From the NCBI GenBank assembly GCA_963775425.1, contig CAVZJB010000003.1, forward strand, positions 662,274 through 726,273: a stretch of DNA of 64,000 nucleotides. Reading direction: 5' to 3'. The position numbers and the translations under genes were made by a program. Positions 21,836 to 33,397 of this stretch are shown in pieces (the stretch's first letter is position 1; the number at the start of each line of letters is the position of its first letter). Under the pieces are notes generated by a model that worked only from the letters and a program-made list of their open reading frames with translations, ran no database searches and was not told where the DNA came from. This DNA is from an uncultured delta proteobacterium. GTDB taxonomy: Bacteria > Myxococcota > UBA727 > VGSZ01.

Positions 21836-22894
21836 GTGACGGCGCTGCAGCTTCGACGCCCCGAGCTCGACAATCGCCCGCGGCCTGGCGCCCCGGCCGG
21901 CGATCGCGACGCGCGCGCCCGCGCGGTGCTCGAGCGCATCGCGCCGGTCCACGACGACGGCTTCACCCACGTGCTCGCCACCCTGGTCGACGAGAGCTGG
22001 CGCCGCTCGGTCGCGCGCCGCGCCGAGCGGAGCGCCCCCGGGTTCCTCGCGCTGCCGCTCGTCGGCAAGCTGCGCGCCGGCTACCACACCTATTGCGCGC
22101 TCGGGCTGTCGGCCATCGCCTGCTCCCGCCGCCGCCCGCGCGCCATCGCCGCCGCCGCGCGCGTCGCCGACGCCGTCGGCCTCGGCGAAGGCGCCCTCGC
22201 CGCGTGCGCGCGCCGGGCGATGCCGTGGCTGTACCGGGTCCCGCTCGCGCGCGAGCTCGACCGCGTCGCGGCGGCGTCGGCGTTCATCATCCTCATCGAT
22301 CAGATCTTCGACGACGAGCTCGTGGATCGCCCGGCCGCCGAGCGCGTCGACGCCGTGCGGCGGGTCGTCGGCCTCCCCGCCGCGGCCGGCGCGGCCGTCC
22401 CGCGCACGCCGGCGGTCAGCTTCGCGTGCGCCCTCGTCGACGTGCTCCGCGCGGTGGACCCGCTGCGCTGGCCCGCGCAGGCGGCGCGCGTGGTGGAGTG
22501 GGCCGAGTGCGAGGTGCGCCTCGAGGCCGGCGACCCCAGCGTCGAGCCCCGGCGCGCCACCATCGACGTCAGCATGGAGCTCCTCGGCTTCGCCGCCGGC
22601 GCCTACGTCGGCGACGTCGAGCTCGCCTGGATGCAGGGCATCGCGCGCCTCGGCCAGATGGTGGACGATGTCCTCGACGTCGAAAAAGACCTCGCCGCCG
22701 GCCGCGTCACCCTCGGCGCCACGGGCGGGTGGAACGTCGACACCGTCGCGTCGCTCTACCACCGCCTCCTGGGCGAGACCGCCGCCCTGCTCGACGCCGC
22801 CGGCGAGCGTCACCCGGCCACGCGCGCGCTGTACGAGCGGACCTTCCGCGCCCAGATCCGGCACATGGCCGAAGTCCTCGTCGACAACCCGTGA
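21836..22894 (+). CDS. Class I isoprenoid synthase-fold protein
   Basis: Asp-rich motifs IDQIFDDE and GQMVDDVLDVEKDL. Confidence 0.6.
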   Translation: MTALQLRRPELDNRPRPGAPAGDRDARARAVLERIAPVHDDGFTHVLATLVDESWRRSVARRAERSAPGFLALPLVGKLRAGYHTYCALGLSAIACSRRRPRAIAAAARVADAVGLGEGALAACARRAMPWLYRVPLARELDRVAAASAFIILIDQIFDDELVDRPAAERVDAVRRVVGLPAAAGAAVPRTPAVSFACALVDVLRAVDPLRWPAQAARVVEWAECEVRLEAGDPSVEPRRATIDVSMELLGFAAGAYVGDVELAWMQGIARLGQMVDDVLDVEKDLAAGRVTLGATGGWNVDTVASLYHRLLGETAALLDAAGERHPATRALYERTFRAQIRHMAEVLVDNP

Positions 22895-23652
22895 GCACGT
22901 CGCCCGTGAAGCGCGCGGCGGCGCTGCGCGCGGTGTCGGCCGCCGCGTGCGCGGTGGCGCTCACCGCGTGCGCGACGCCCGCCGCGCCGTGGGCGCCCGC
23001 GCTGATCGACGTCGTCAGGCCGTCCTATCCGGAGCTGCGCGGCGCGGTCATCGACGTCGGCGCCGTGCGCACGCCGCGCGCGGCGGGGCAGGCGCTGCCC
23101 AATCTGCCGTCGCTGTTCGGCGGCGGGCCGCGCCGCTACGAGCTGCGCATCGGGGAGCTGGCGGCGCGTCCGGACTGCCCGCTCGCTGCGCGGCGCGCGG
23201 TCGTCGCCCACGAGCTCGCGCACATCGCCGCGATGCAGCGCCGCGACGCGTCCGGTGTGCTCTCGTACGTGGGCGACGCGCTCGTCGACGCGGCCGCGCT
23301 CGAGCGGCGCACCGACGTCGAGGTCGTGGCGCGCGGCTTCGGGGGCGACATGGTGACGCTGCGCACCTGGGCGCGGCGCGTGCCCCGCGGGCCGCTCGAT
23401 CCGAAGGCGGCCGACGTCGCGCGCGTGTACTACGGCGTCGACGAGCTCGTCGCGCTCGACGACGTCCGCGTGCGCTGCCCGGCCGTGTTCGCGCGGTTCC
23501 TCGCGGCGCCGCCGCGGAGCCTGCGCGAGATTCTGGACGCACTGTCCCTGAACGCGTTCAGGGGGTGCGAACGAGGTCGTAGCCCACGAGGTGAAGCTTG
23601 CCGTCGACGACGCGCACGGTCTCGCCGAGGTAGCGCCCGACGCCGGCGGTGA
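22891..23652 (+). CDS. Lipoprotein with HExxH zincin motif (true 3' end uncertain)
   Basis: ALTAC lipobox, VVAHELAHI, LERRTD; GTG overlaps the upstream TGA. Confidence 0.65.
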   Translation: MSTSPVKRAAALRAVSAAACAVALTACATPAAPWAPALIDVVRPSYPELRGAVIDVGAVRTPRAAGQALPNLPSLFGGGPRRYELRIGELAARPDCPLAARRAVVAHELAHIAAMQRRDASGVLSYVGDALVDAAALERRTDVEVVARGFGGDMVTLRTWARRVPRGPLDPKAADVARVYYGVDELVALDDVRVRCPAVFARFLAAPPRSLREILDALSLNAFRGCERGRSPRGEACRRRRARSRRGSARRRR

Positions 23653-25255
23653 TCGCGGTGTCGTCGTCGAGCGGCACGAGCGGCACCGAGAAGGGCGCCG
23701 CCGCGTGCGTGATGGCGACGCGGGCCACGAGGAAGCCGGCGTCGTCGACGAAGAGGTCGGCGCCGGTGACGGTGATCTGATCGTCGCCGCGATCGGGGTT
23801 GTCCCAGTGGCCCACGCGCGCGAGCCACGCCGCCGGCAGCGGCGCCGGCTCCACGCGCAGGCCGCGGAGGATGCGCTGCCCGCGCTGCAGCGAGATGAGG
23901 GCGCGCTTGCCGTCCACGACGTCGAACGCCAGCTCCACGCCTCGCAAGAGGTCCGGCTGGAAGGGGACGACGCCGCCCACGAGGACCCAGGGGACGAAGG
24001 TGCGGCGCGCCGTCGGCAAAAGCTCGAAGGGCTGGTCGAAGGCGCGCCCGCGCAGCGTGTCGCCGTCGCGGGCGAGGGTGATGGTGCCGTACTCGGTGGG
24101 GTAGGTGCCGGCGTACGCCTCGAGCTCCTCGGGGGTGAACGCCGTCGACGAGCGCGCCATGGGTGCCGCGCGCGCCCCGAGCGCGGCACCCATGGCGTCC
24201 CACGCCACGATGGAGGGCAGCAGCCCGGCCTCGCGGGTGTTGGTCATGACGACGACGGCGATGTTCTTTCGCGGGCACACGACGAGCTCCGCGGTGAAGG
24301 CGAGGGTCTGCCCGCTGTGCCAGTAGACGGGGACGCCGGCGAAGGCGTCGTTTTCGTTGAAGCCGAAGCCGGTGCGCCAGTCGAGGTCGAGGGGCGCGGT
24401 GTCGTGCGGCGTGAGGGCCTCCTTCACGCGAGGGTCGCTCCCGGCGAGCAGGAAGCGCGCTTCGGCGGCGACGTCGCGCGGGGTGGTGACGAGGCCGTTG
24501 GCGGGCGCCGTGATGGGCGCGTTTTCCACGAAGGGCTCGCCGTCCACGACGGCGCGGAAGACGTCGCGGGTGGGGACGAAGGTGGAGTGCGTCATCCCGA
24601 TGGGGCGCAGGGTCCGCGTCTCGGCGAGCTGCGCGAAGGGCGCGCCGCCGGCGGCCTCGACGACGGCGCCGAGCACCGTGTAGCCGACGTCGCTGTAGCT
24701 GAACATCTCGCCCACCGGGCGCACCATGTCCTCGTGCGCGAGCGCGTGGACGTGGTCCTCGAAGACCGCGTGCGTGCCGTACATCCCCTTGAGGATGTTC
24801 GACGGCAGCCCCGAGTGGTGCGTCATCAGCGCGCGCGCGGTGATGGCCGGCGTGTCGAAGCGGTGACCGACGGAGAACCACGGCAGCACGTCGGTGATGG
24901 GGGCGTCGAGGTCGAGCTTCCCCTCGTCGCGCAGGGACAGCGCCGTCAGCGACGTCATCAGCTTCGAGATGGAACCGACGCGAAAGCGGCTGTCCAGGGT
25001 GGCGCCGCCGAGCATGTCGGACCAGACGATGCCGCCCTTGTCGACGAGGACGATGGCGACGGCGTCGGCGCCGCTGTGATCCCTCTCCTCCACCGCGCGC
25101 GCGTGGACGTACCGCTCGAGCCCCGCGAGGTCGCCCTGGCGGGGGCGCGCCGGCGTCGTCGCGCAGGCGGCCGCGAGGAGCGCGAGCGGAGCCCACCGCG
25201 CGCGCCGCAGCAGCGCGCCCCACGCGCGAGGCGCGGCCGGCGGCGCGGCCGTCAC
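23558..25255 (-). CDS. Serine hydrolase (beta-lactamase class C/S12 family) lipoprotein
   Basis: FRVGSISK (SxxK), FSYSD, WHSG; LAAAC lipobox. Confidence 0.88.
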   Translation of the reverse strand: MTAAPPAAPRAWGALLRRARWAPLALLAAACATTPARPRQGDLAGLERYVHARAVEERDHSGADAVAIVLVDKGGIVWSDMLGGATLDSRFRVGSISKLMTSLTALSLRDEGKLDLDAPITDVLPWFSVGHRFDTPAITARALMTHHSGLPSNILKGMYGTHAVFEDHVHALAHEDMVRPVGEMFSYSDVGYTVLGAVVEAAGGAPFAQLAETRTLRPIGMTHSTFVPTRDVFRAVVDGEPFVENAPITAPANGLVTTPRDVAAEARFLLAGSDPRVKEALTPHDTAPLDLDWRTGFGFNENDAFAGVPVYWHSGQTLAFTAELVVCPRKNIAVVVMTNTREAGLLPSIVAWDAMGAALGARAAPMARSSTAFTPEELEAYAGTYPTEYGTITLARDGDTLRGRAFDQPFELLPTARRTFVPWVLVGGVVPFQPDLLRGVELAFDVVDGKRALISLQRGQRILRGLRVEPAPLPAAWLARVGHWDNPDRGDDQITVTGADLFVDDAGFLVARVAITHAAAPFSVPLVPLDDDTAITAGVGRYLGETVRVVDGKLHLVGYDLVRTP

Positions 25256-25704
25256 GACGAGGGGTCGCGCGCCGAGCGCTTCTCGGTCGACGAGAGAAAG
25301 CCGTGGACGACGTACACCGGCTCGCCGCGGTCGCTCACCTGAAGCTCGGCGCGGCCCCGCGTGGTGAGGGCGTCGAGCGCGTCTTCGGCGACGTCGAGGG
25401 AGACGGAGGCCCCGAGCGCGACCTCGGCGATGGTCAGGCGCCCCTCGCTCCGGGCGGCGAGCGCCAGGATGCGCGTCTCGAGGTCGCCGCCCTGGCCGGC
25501 GGCGCGGCGGCGCGTGGGCAGGCCGCGCCACGCGACGCGCGCGCACAGGGCGGTGAGCGTGCCGAAGAAGAACGTGAGCCCCGCGAGCACGCCCGGCGGC
25601 GTGGGCGAGCCGCCGAGCACGAGGTCGTGCAGGGCCATGATGGTGAAGGCCCCGCAGAACGCGGCGAGGAGCCCGCCGACGATGCGCGCGAGGGTCCTCA
25701 GCAC
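25252..25704 (-). CDS. Two-TM membrane protein with C-terminal winged-helix-like domain
   Basis: Two hydrophobic helices; GRLTIAEVAL...AEDALDAL...GRAEL. Confidence 0.7.
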   Translation of the reverse strand: MLRTLARIVGGLLAAFCGAFTIMALHDLVLGGSPTPPGVLAGLTFFFGTLTALCARVAWRGLPTRRRAAGQGGDLETRILALAARSEGRLTIAEVALGASVSLDVAEDALDALTTRGRAELQVSDRGEPVYVVHGFLSSTEKRSARDPSS

Positions 25705-25753
25705 GGGCGCCTCGCGCGTCCGCGCACCGGGAAGGGGAGGAGGGGCAGGGGGC

Positions 25754-28700
25754 TCATTGGATGCGGACGTTCACCGTTTTGCTGATGCCCGCCTCCTCCA
25801 TGGTGATGCCGTAGAGCTGGTCGGCGACCTCCATGGTCTTTTTGTTGTGGGTGATGACGATGAACTGCGACAGCGAGGAGACGTCGCGCACCATGTCGTT
25901 GAAGCGGCCGACGTTGGCCTCGTCGAGCGGGGCGTCGACCTCGTCGAGCACGCAGAACGGCGACGGCTTCAACAAGAAGATGGAGAAGATGAGCGACACC
26001 GCCGTGAGCGCCTGCTCGCCGCCGGACATCATGGTGACGGCGCCGAGCTTCTTGCCCGGGGGCTGCGCGTAGATCTCCACGCCGGTGGCGAGCAAGTCGT
26101 TCGGGTCGGTGAGCGCGAGCCATGCCTTGCCGCCGCGGAACAGCCGCGGGAACACCTGCTGGAACCGCTCGTTGACGCCGTCGAAGGTCTCCTGGAACCG
26201 CTTCTTCGTCGTGCGGTTGATCTTCACGATGGCTTTTTCGAGCTGGTTGAGGGCGTGGGTGAGGTCGTCGGTCTGCGTCTTCAGGAAGTCGAAGCGCGTC
26301 TCGAGCTCCTGGCACTCGTCGATGGCGGTGAGGTTGATGGCGCCGAGCGACTCCACCTGCCGCTCGAGCTCGGCGAGCTTGTCGCCCGCGTCCTCGGGGG
26401 GCATCTCGCGCATGTGGTAGTCGAACAGCGCCTCCTGCGGCGTGATGCGGTGATGCTCGATGCAGCGATCGACGATGGCGTCGAGCTCGAGCTCGCGCTC
26501 CTTGATGCGCACCTGCAGGTCGGCGTGGGAGCCGCGGGCGGAGTCGAGGGCGGCGCGGGCGGCGCGCGCCTCGTGCTCCTTCACGCGAACACCTTCGCTG
26601 TTCTTCTCGTAGAGAACGCGCGCCTCTTCGAGCGACGTCTTGAGGGACACGCGCTCTTCGCCGAGGACCGCGAGGAGCGAGCGGGCCTCGGTCTCCTGGC
26701 GCGTGAGCTCCTCGCGCTCGCCGTGGCCGTCCTCGATCTGCTTTTGGAGGCGCGCGAGGCGCTCGTCCATGTCGCCGGCCTGGCGCTCGCTCTGCTCGAG
26801 GTTCTTCTTGAGCATCTCCTTGCGCTCGGCGATGGACGCGGCGCGCACCTTCATGGTGGTGACGGCGTCCTGCTGCGCGGCGATGGACTGGTCGAGGCTC
26901 AACAGCGCCTGGCCGCGCTGCTGGAGCTCGGCCTCGTGGGCCGCGCGCTGCGACTCGGCTTCGGCGAGGCGCGTCTGGCGCGTCTCGAGGTCCGTGTGGG
27001 CGTGGGCGAGCGACTCGTCGAGGGCGGCCTCGTCCTGGCGGAGCTTGGCGGCGCGCTGCTCGATGCGCACGAGCTCCTCCTGGTGGCGACGCAGCGCGCC
27101 CCTCTGCTCGACGAGCTTGAGCTGCAGCCCCTGGATGCGGTCGCCGGTGCGGACGATGCGCTCGTCGAGCTCGGCCACGGCGACGGTCTTTTCGTCGACG
27201 GCGGCGGACAGCTCGGCGACGGCGGCCTCGAGGGCGGCGACCTGCTCCGACAGCTCGCGCATCTCGCGCTTCTGCTTGAGCACGCCGCCGTCGGCGGCGG
27301 CGCTGGAGCCGCCGCGCACGGCGCCGCTCGGCTCGAGCACCTCGCCCGCGCGCGTGACCAACGTGAGGCCCTTGTCCCGGGCCGCGGGCCACAGGGCGAA
27401 CGCCGCCGCGCGATCGTCGACGACGAAGATGCGCGACAGCACGCTTTGCACCGCGCGCCCCTTGCCGCCGACCGTGACGGTGTCGAGCACGCGTACGGCC
27501 GGGGCGCCGCCCGCCGCCGACGCTCCGTCGTGGGGCGCGACGGCGTCGAGCGTCGGCGCCATGGCGTCGTCGACGAGCAGGTCAGCGCGGCCCTTGCCTT
27601 GCGCCAGGGCGTCGAACGCCGCGGCCGCCGCGTCGTTGTCGTCGACGACGACGGCGTGCAGCCGCGCGCCGAGCGCGGCCTCGATGGGCAGCTCGAGATC
27701 GCGGGGGGCCTCGAAGAGGTCCACGAGCAGCTTGCCGCGCCCCTCGAGCGGACCGCCGCGCTTCAAGAGCGCGCGCACCGCCTCCGGGCTCTGCTCGTAG
27801 CGCGCGTGGATCTCCTCGAGGGAGTGCAGCCGGCCGCGCTTCTTCTGCAGCTCGTCCTTCCGGTCGTCGAGCGCGCGCGCCGCCTCCTCGAGCTCGCGGC
27901 GCCCCTCCGTGATCTGCTTGGCCAGCGCGGCCCGCTCACCGTCCGCCGCCTGCCGCTCGTCGTCGAGCCGCTTGTGGTCCACCTCGACGGACGCCACCGC
28001 CTCCCGCGCCAGCGCCTCCTCGTCCGCGAGCGGCGCGAGCTCCGCCGCCACCGACTCCTTGCGGTGCGCCATCTGCTCCAGTGACGCTTTGAGGTTCACG
28101 ACGTCGCTGGCGGCCTTGGCCGCCTCCGTGGACCGCTCGATCACGTCACGGCGCAGGGCCTCCACGCGCGCGGCCTCCTCGGTGCGCCGCGCCTTCTCGG
28201 CGTCGAGCGCCTGCTGCGCCTCCTCGAGGGCGCCCGCGTCGTTGTCGAGCTCGAGCTCGAGCTGCACCCTCCCCTTCTTGAGCTCGGCCAGGGCGCCTTC
28301 GAGCAGCATGCGCTGCTCCTTCAGGCGCTCCACCTCGACCGCCGCCTCCTCGTCGCGCTTCAGGCTGCGCTCGTGCTCCTTCTTGGCGTGCTCGGCCGTC
28401 TGCTCGTTGAGCGCCAGGCCGTTGTCGATCTCGTACAGGCGCGCCTGCTTCTCCGACAGCGCGTGCTCGTCGTCGACGAGGGCGGCGCGGTTGCCTTCGA
28501 TCTCCGCCTCGAGGCGCGCGACGCGATCGACGTCGCCCTGCACGTTGGCCGTGACGGCGGCGTAGAGGTCGCGATCGAAGGCGATGGCGTTGGTGAGCTC
28601 GAGGAAGCGGAAGGTGCTCCGGTGCAGCTCGATCTCGCGCACCTGCGCGCGCAGCTCGCGGAACTTCTCGGCCTTCTTGGCCTGGCGGCGCAGGGAGCCG

Positions 28701-29317
28701 AGCCGCCGGCCGATCTCCTTGGTGACGTCGTCGATGCGCTGGAGGTTCTGCCTCGTGGCCTCCATCTTCCTGACGGCGGCGTCCTTGCGGGCCTTGTACT
28801 TGGTGATGCCCGCGGCCTCCTCGATGATGCGGCGGCGGTCCTCGGGCTTCACCCGCATGATCTCGGCGACCTGGCCCTGCTGGATGATCGAGTAGGCTTT
28901 GGAGCCCACGCCGGTGCCGAGGAACAGGTCGTTGATGTCCTTCAGGCGGCACGGGGTCTTGTTGATCTCGTAGTCGCTCTCGCCGTCCCTGAAGAGCCGG
29001 CGGGTCACCTGGATCTCGTGGTGCTGCGCGTACTCCGCCGGCACGCCCTGGCCGTCGACGTTTTCGAAGGTCAGGGAGACCTCCGCCATCCCCACGGGCC
29101 CGCGCTTCTCGGAGCCGTTGAAGATGACGTCCTGCATGGAGCCCCCGCGCAGGTGCCGCGCGGACTGCTCGCCCATCACCCAGCGGATGGCGTCGACGAT
29201 GTTGGACTTGCCGCACCCGTTCGGCCCGACCACCCCGGTGATGCCACCGCCGAAGCGGATGGTGGTGCGATCGGCAAAGGACTTGAACCCCTGGATGTCG
29301 AGCTTCTGGATGCGCAT
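25754..29317 (-). CDS. smc: Chromosome segregation protein SMC
   Basis: GPNGCGKS, coiled coils, hinge, MSGGE, LDEVDAPLD. Confidence 0.98.
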   Translation of the reverse strand: MRIQKLDIQGFKSFADRTTIRFGGGITGVVGPNGCGKSNIVDAIRWVMGEQSARHLRGGSMQDVIFNGSEKRGPVGMAEVSLTFENVDGQGVPAEYAQHHEIQVTRRLFRDGESDYEINKTPCRLKDINDLFLGTGVGSKAYSIIQQGQVAEIMRVKPEDRRRIIEEAAGITKYKARKDAAVRKMEATRQNLQRIDDVTKEIGRRLGSLRRQAKKAEKFRELRAQVREIELHRSTFRFLELTNAIAFDRDLYAAVTANVQGDVDRVARLEAEIEGNRAALVDDEHALSEKQARLYEIDNGLALNEQTAEHAKKEHERSLKRDEEAAVEVERLKEQRMLLEGALAELKKGRVQLELELDNDAGALEEAQQALDAEKARRTEEAARVEALRRDVIERSTEAAKAASDVVNLKASLEQMAHRKESVAAELAPLADEEALAREAVASVEVDHKRLDDERQAADGERAALAKQITEGRRELEEAARALDDRKDELQKKRGRLHSLEEIHARYEQSPEAVRALLKRGGPLEGRGKLLVDLFEAPRDLELPIEAALGARLHAVVVDDNDAAAAAFDALAQGKGRADLLVDDAMAPTLDAVAPHDGASAAGGAPAVRVLDTVTVGGKGRAVQSVLSRIFVVDDRAAAFALWPAARDKGLTLVTRAGEVLEPSGAVRGGSSAAADGGVLKQKREMRELSEQVAALEAAVAELSAAVDEKTVAVAELDERIVRTGDRIQGLQLKLVEQRGALRRHQEELVRIEQRAAKLRQDEAALDESLAHAHTDLETRQTRLAEAESQRAAHEAELQQRGQALLSLDQSIAAQQDAVTTMKVRAASIAERKEMLKKNLEQSERQAGDMDERLARLQKQIEDGHGEREELTRQETEARSLLAVLGEERVSLKTSLEEARVLYEKNSEGVRVKEHEARAARAALDSARGSHADLQVRIKERELELDAIVDRCIEHHRITPQEALFDYHMREMPPEDAGDKLAELERQVESLGAINLTAIDECQELETRFDFLKTQTDDLTHALNQLEKAIVKINRTTKKRFQETFDGVNERFQQVFPRLFRGGKAWLALTDPNDLLATGVEIYAQPPGKKLGAVTMMSGGEQALTAVSLIFSIFLLKPSPFCVLDEVDAPLDEANVGRFNDMVRDVSSLSQFIVITHNKKTMEVADQLYGITMEEAGISKTVNVRIQ

Positions 29318-29473
29318 CGTGCCTCGTGAGTTGCGACCGGAGCGAGCGGCCGCGCTTCAAATGCACGGTCGACGGCCTCTCGTAAAGAGGACGGCCGGGG
29401 CCTCGCGCCGTCGCCGAATCGTGTCGGGCTCAAGCTCGATAGAGCTTCAGCTTCCAGATGGAACCCTGTGACG

Positions 29474-30445
29474 TTACTCGGGCTTTCCCGGAGTGGGATG
29501 GTTGAGCAACGCATCCCGAACGGCCTGTTGGCGCTCGAGGGCCTCCTGGTAGGCCTGCTCGATGCCCGGCCCCGCCCAGCGTACGATCTGGTGGTCGGGC
29601 GCGACGGCCTTCAGCGCATCGAGCTCCTTTTTCTGGTCGAAGATGTTCGGCTGGACGAGCACGAGCTGCGCCTGCGCCCGGATGAAGGCCGGGTCCCTCT
29701 CGAGCGCCTGGCGGTAATACGTCATCGCCTGGTTGGCGTCGCCGTCGCGCATCTGGGCGGCGATGCCGCGCAGGAAGGTGAGGCCGTTGCTGTCGGGGTT
29801 TCGCTCTTCGACCTTGGCCACCATGTCGGAGAACTCGCGCCACTCGTTGCGCAGGCGGTGGGCGTCGGCGGCGATGCGGTAGCCGACGTAGTCGTCGGGC
29901 TTGTCCGCGATCACCTTGTGCGCGCCGTCGACGCCGGCGGCGACGTGCTCGGCGGCGAGGAGCCGCAGGGCCTGGTCGGTGTCGCGGTAGAGCTGCACCT
30001 TGTCGCGCTCGGCGGCGAGCTTGTCGGCGTCGGGCCCCGCGAGCTTGCGCACCTGCAGCGCGCGCACGTTTTCGTCGAGGCGGTCGGCGGTGTCGGCGAG
30101 CACCTCGGCGACGGTGAGCTCCGCCTCGCCCCACGCGAGGAGGATCTGGCTCTTGAGCGCCAGCGCGTCCGTCGACGGCTGCGTCTCGAGCCACGACACC
30201 GCCCCGGGGAAGAGGTCGATGCGATCGCTCTTCAGGACCGCGAGCGCCTCTTCCATCGTCGTGGGCGGCGGCGGTCGCTTCTGCGGCGGCACCTGCTTGG
30301 CCTCGAAGGCCTCGACGAGCTTGGTGGCCTCGTGCAGCGAGAGGCCCACGGTGTGGGGGCGTTCGGGGGCGGGCGCCGCGGTGGTGCAGCCCGCGATGAC
30401 GACGGCCGCGAGCGAGGAGGCAAGGGAGCGGAGGGGGACTCGCAT
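29474..30445 (-). CDS. TPR-containing lipoprotein
   Basis: VIAGC lipobox; AMTYYRQALERDP TPR. Confidence 0.75.
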   Translation of the reverse strand: MRVPLRSLASSLAAVVIAGCTTAAPAPERPHTVGLSLHEATKLVEAFEAKQVPPQKRPPPPTTMEEALAVLKSDRIDLFPGAVSWLETQPSTDALALKSQILLAWGEAELTVAEVLADTADRLDENVRALQVRKLAGPDADKLAAERDKVQLYRDTDQALRLLAAEHVAAGVDGAHKVIADKPDDYVGYRIAADAHRLRNEWREFSDMVAKVEERNPDSNGLTFLRGIAAQMRDGDANQAMTYYRQALERDPAFIRAQAQLVLVQPNIFDQKKELDALKAVAPDHQIVRWAGPGIEQAYQEALERQQAVRDALLNHPTPGKPE

Positions 30446-30500
30446 GGTGGCCGGGTACCGCGGGTGCCGCGTGCGTGGCAACCGGCTATCCTCGACGGAG

Positions 30501-31634
30501 GTGGCCGACTCCCCTCGAAACGCGTCCCGGCTCGCGGCCGTCGTGCTGACGGCCTGCTTGCCTGCCGTCGCCGCCGGATGCCCGCGTCCGGCGCTCGAAG
30601 GCCGGCCCTGCGCGGTCGACGCCGACTGCGTCGACGTGGCGCTGTCCTGCGTCGACGCGCGCTGCACCGCCGGCGCCGGCCCCACGGACGCCGGCGGCGT
30701 CCTCGACGACGACGCGGGCGTGGACGACGCCGGCGTGGGCGACGCGGGCGTGGGCGACGCGGGCGTGGACGACGCGGGCGTGGACGACGCCGGCTCCGTC
30801 GACGCCGGCATCCCCGACGTGCCCCAGACCTGCGCGCACGTCCACGCGCTCGACCCCACGGCGCCCTCGGGGCCGTACGCCCTCGATCTCGACCACGACG
30901 GCGCGCTCGACGACCGGAACGACGACGGCACCATCACCAACGCGGGCGACGGCATCTATTGCAACATGAGCATCGCCGGCGGCGGCTGGATCCTCTCGGG
31001 CTACCTCGACCAGGACGTCATCGCCGCGAGCGGCTGCCCGCCGCCGTGGGTGCTCGAGGACCACAGCGACGACCCGCTCGGCTTCGTCGGCTGCCGCCGC
31101 GGCGGGACCAACGGCGGGCAGGCGAGCATCTTCGCGGCCGTCTGGTACCCGTACACGGAGATCCTCGGCGTCGTCGAGGCCGTGCCGTTCGGCACGCCCG
31201 ACGCGTTCTTCGACTCGCCCATCGCCGACAGCACCATCGGCGACCCGTACGTCGACGGCGTCAGCGTCACCGTCGGCGACAACCCGCGCGAGCACGTGTT
31301 CACCTTCGTGAGCGCGAGCCCCGACGGCGACCCCGCCGCCGCGTGCCCCTGCGCGGGCGGTCCCGGTCCCCCCGCGTTCGTCGGCGAGGACTACGTCTGC
31401 GACGTCCCGAGCCCCGCCGCCATCGCCGGCGGCACCAACCACTTCGACCCGAGCGACCCGCAGTGGGACGGCAGCGACTTCGTGTGCACGTCGCCCGACG
31501 TCGTCAACGGCAACTTCTTCACGCGCAACGTCGGCGGCCCGCGCCTGGACAACCCCGAGGTCCGCATCATGAGCGACGAGGGCAGCGCCGACGAGGACTT
31601 CGCCATCACCCGCATCGAGATCTACACGCGGTGA
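30501..31634 (+). CDS. Lipoprotein with DAG repeats, fibrinogen-like YCxM..GGGW module and Cys-containing C-terminal domain
   Basis: AAGC lipobox; (V[DG]DAG)n at about 30711-30810; SGPY..D..DG, YCNMSIAGGGW; start uncertain. Confidence 0.78.
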   Translation: MADSPRNASRLAAVVLTACLPAVAAGCPRPALEGRPCAVDADCVDVALSCVDARCTAGAGPTDAGGVLDDDAGVDDAGVGDAGVGDAGVDDAGVDDAGSVDAGIPDVPQTCAHVHALDPTAPSGPYALDLDHDGALDDRNDDGTITNAGDGIYCNMSIAGGGWILSGYLDQDVIAASGCPPPWVLEDHSDDPLGFVGCRRGGTNGGQASIFAAVWYPYTEILGVVEAVPFGTPDAFFDSPIADSTIGDPYVDGVSVTVGDNPREHVFTFVSASPDGDPAAACPCAGGPGPPAFVGEDYVCDVPSPAAIAGGTNHFDPSDPQWDGSDFVCTSPDVVNGNFFTRNVGGPRLDNPEVRIMSDEGSADEDFAITRIEIYTR

Positions 31635-31718
31635 GGCGAAGCGTCACGACAGGGACGGCCCCGCGGGCCTGACGACGACCGTGCGCCGCGCCCGCGGGCA
31701 GCCCCACCGGGCGCGCCT

Positions 31719-33260
<1,542 letters not shown>

Positions 33261-33397
33261 CGGTCCTCCCCTGGCGCAGGGTATGTGGGTGCCTGTGGGT
33301 ATCGCCTCGAAATTCCTTCGTGTTCGTGCGATCTTCATCGGTCAGATGAGGGAGTCGCATCCCCGCACACATCTCGGGAAGGAGCCGAAAAACCAAC

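Noticed and set aside
23546-23563. LexA box
   Set aside because: Spacing is 2 nt too short and it lies between gene 3' ends
25754-29317. Wadjet/MksBEF defence system
   Set aside because: Canonical housekeeping SMC with no jetABD neighbours
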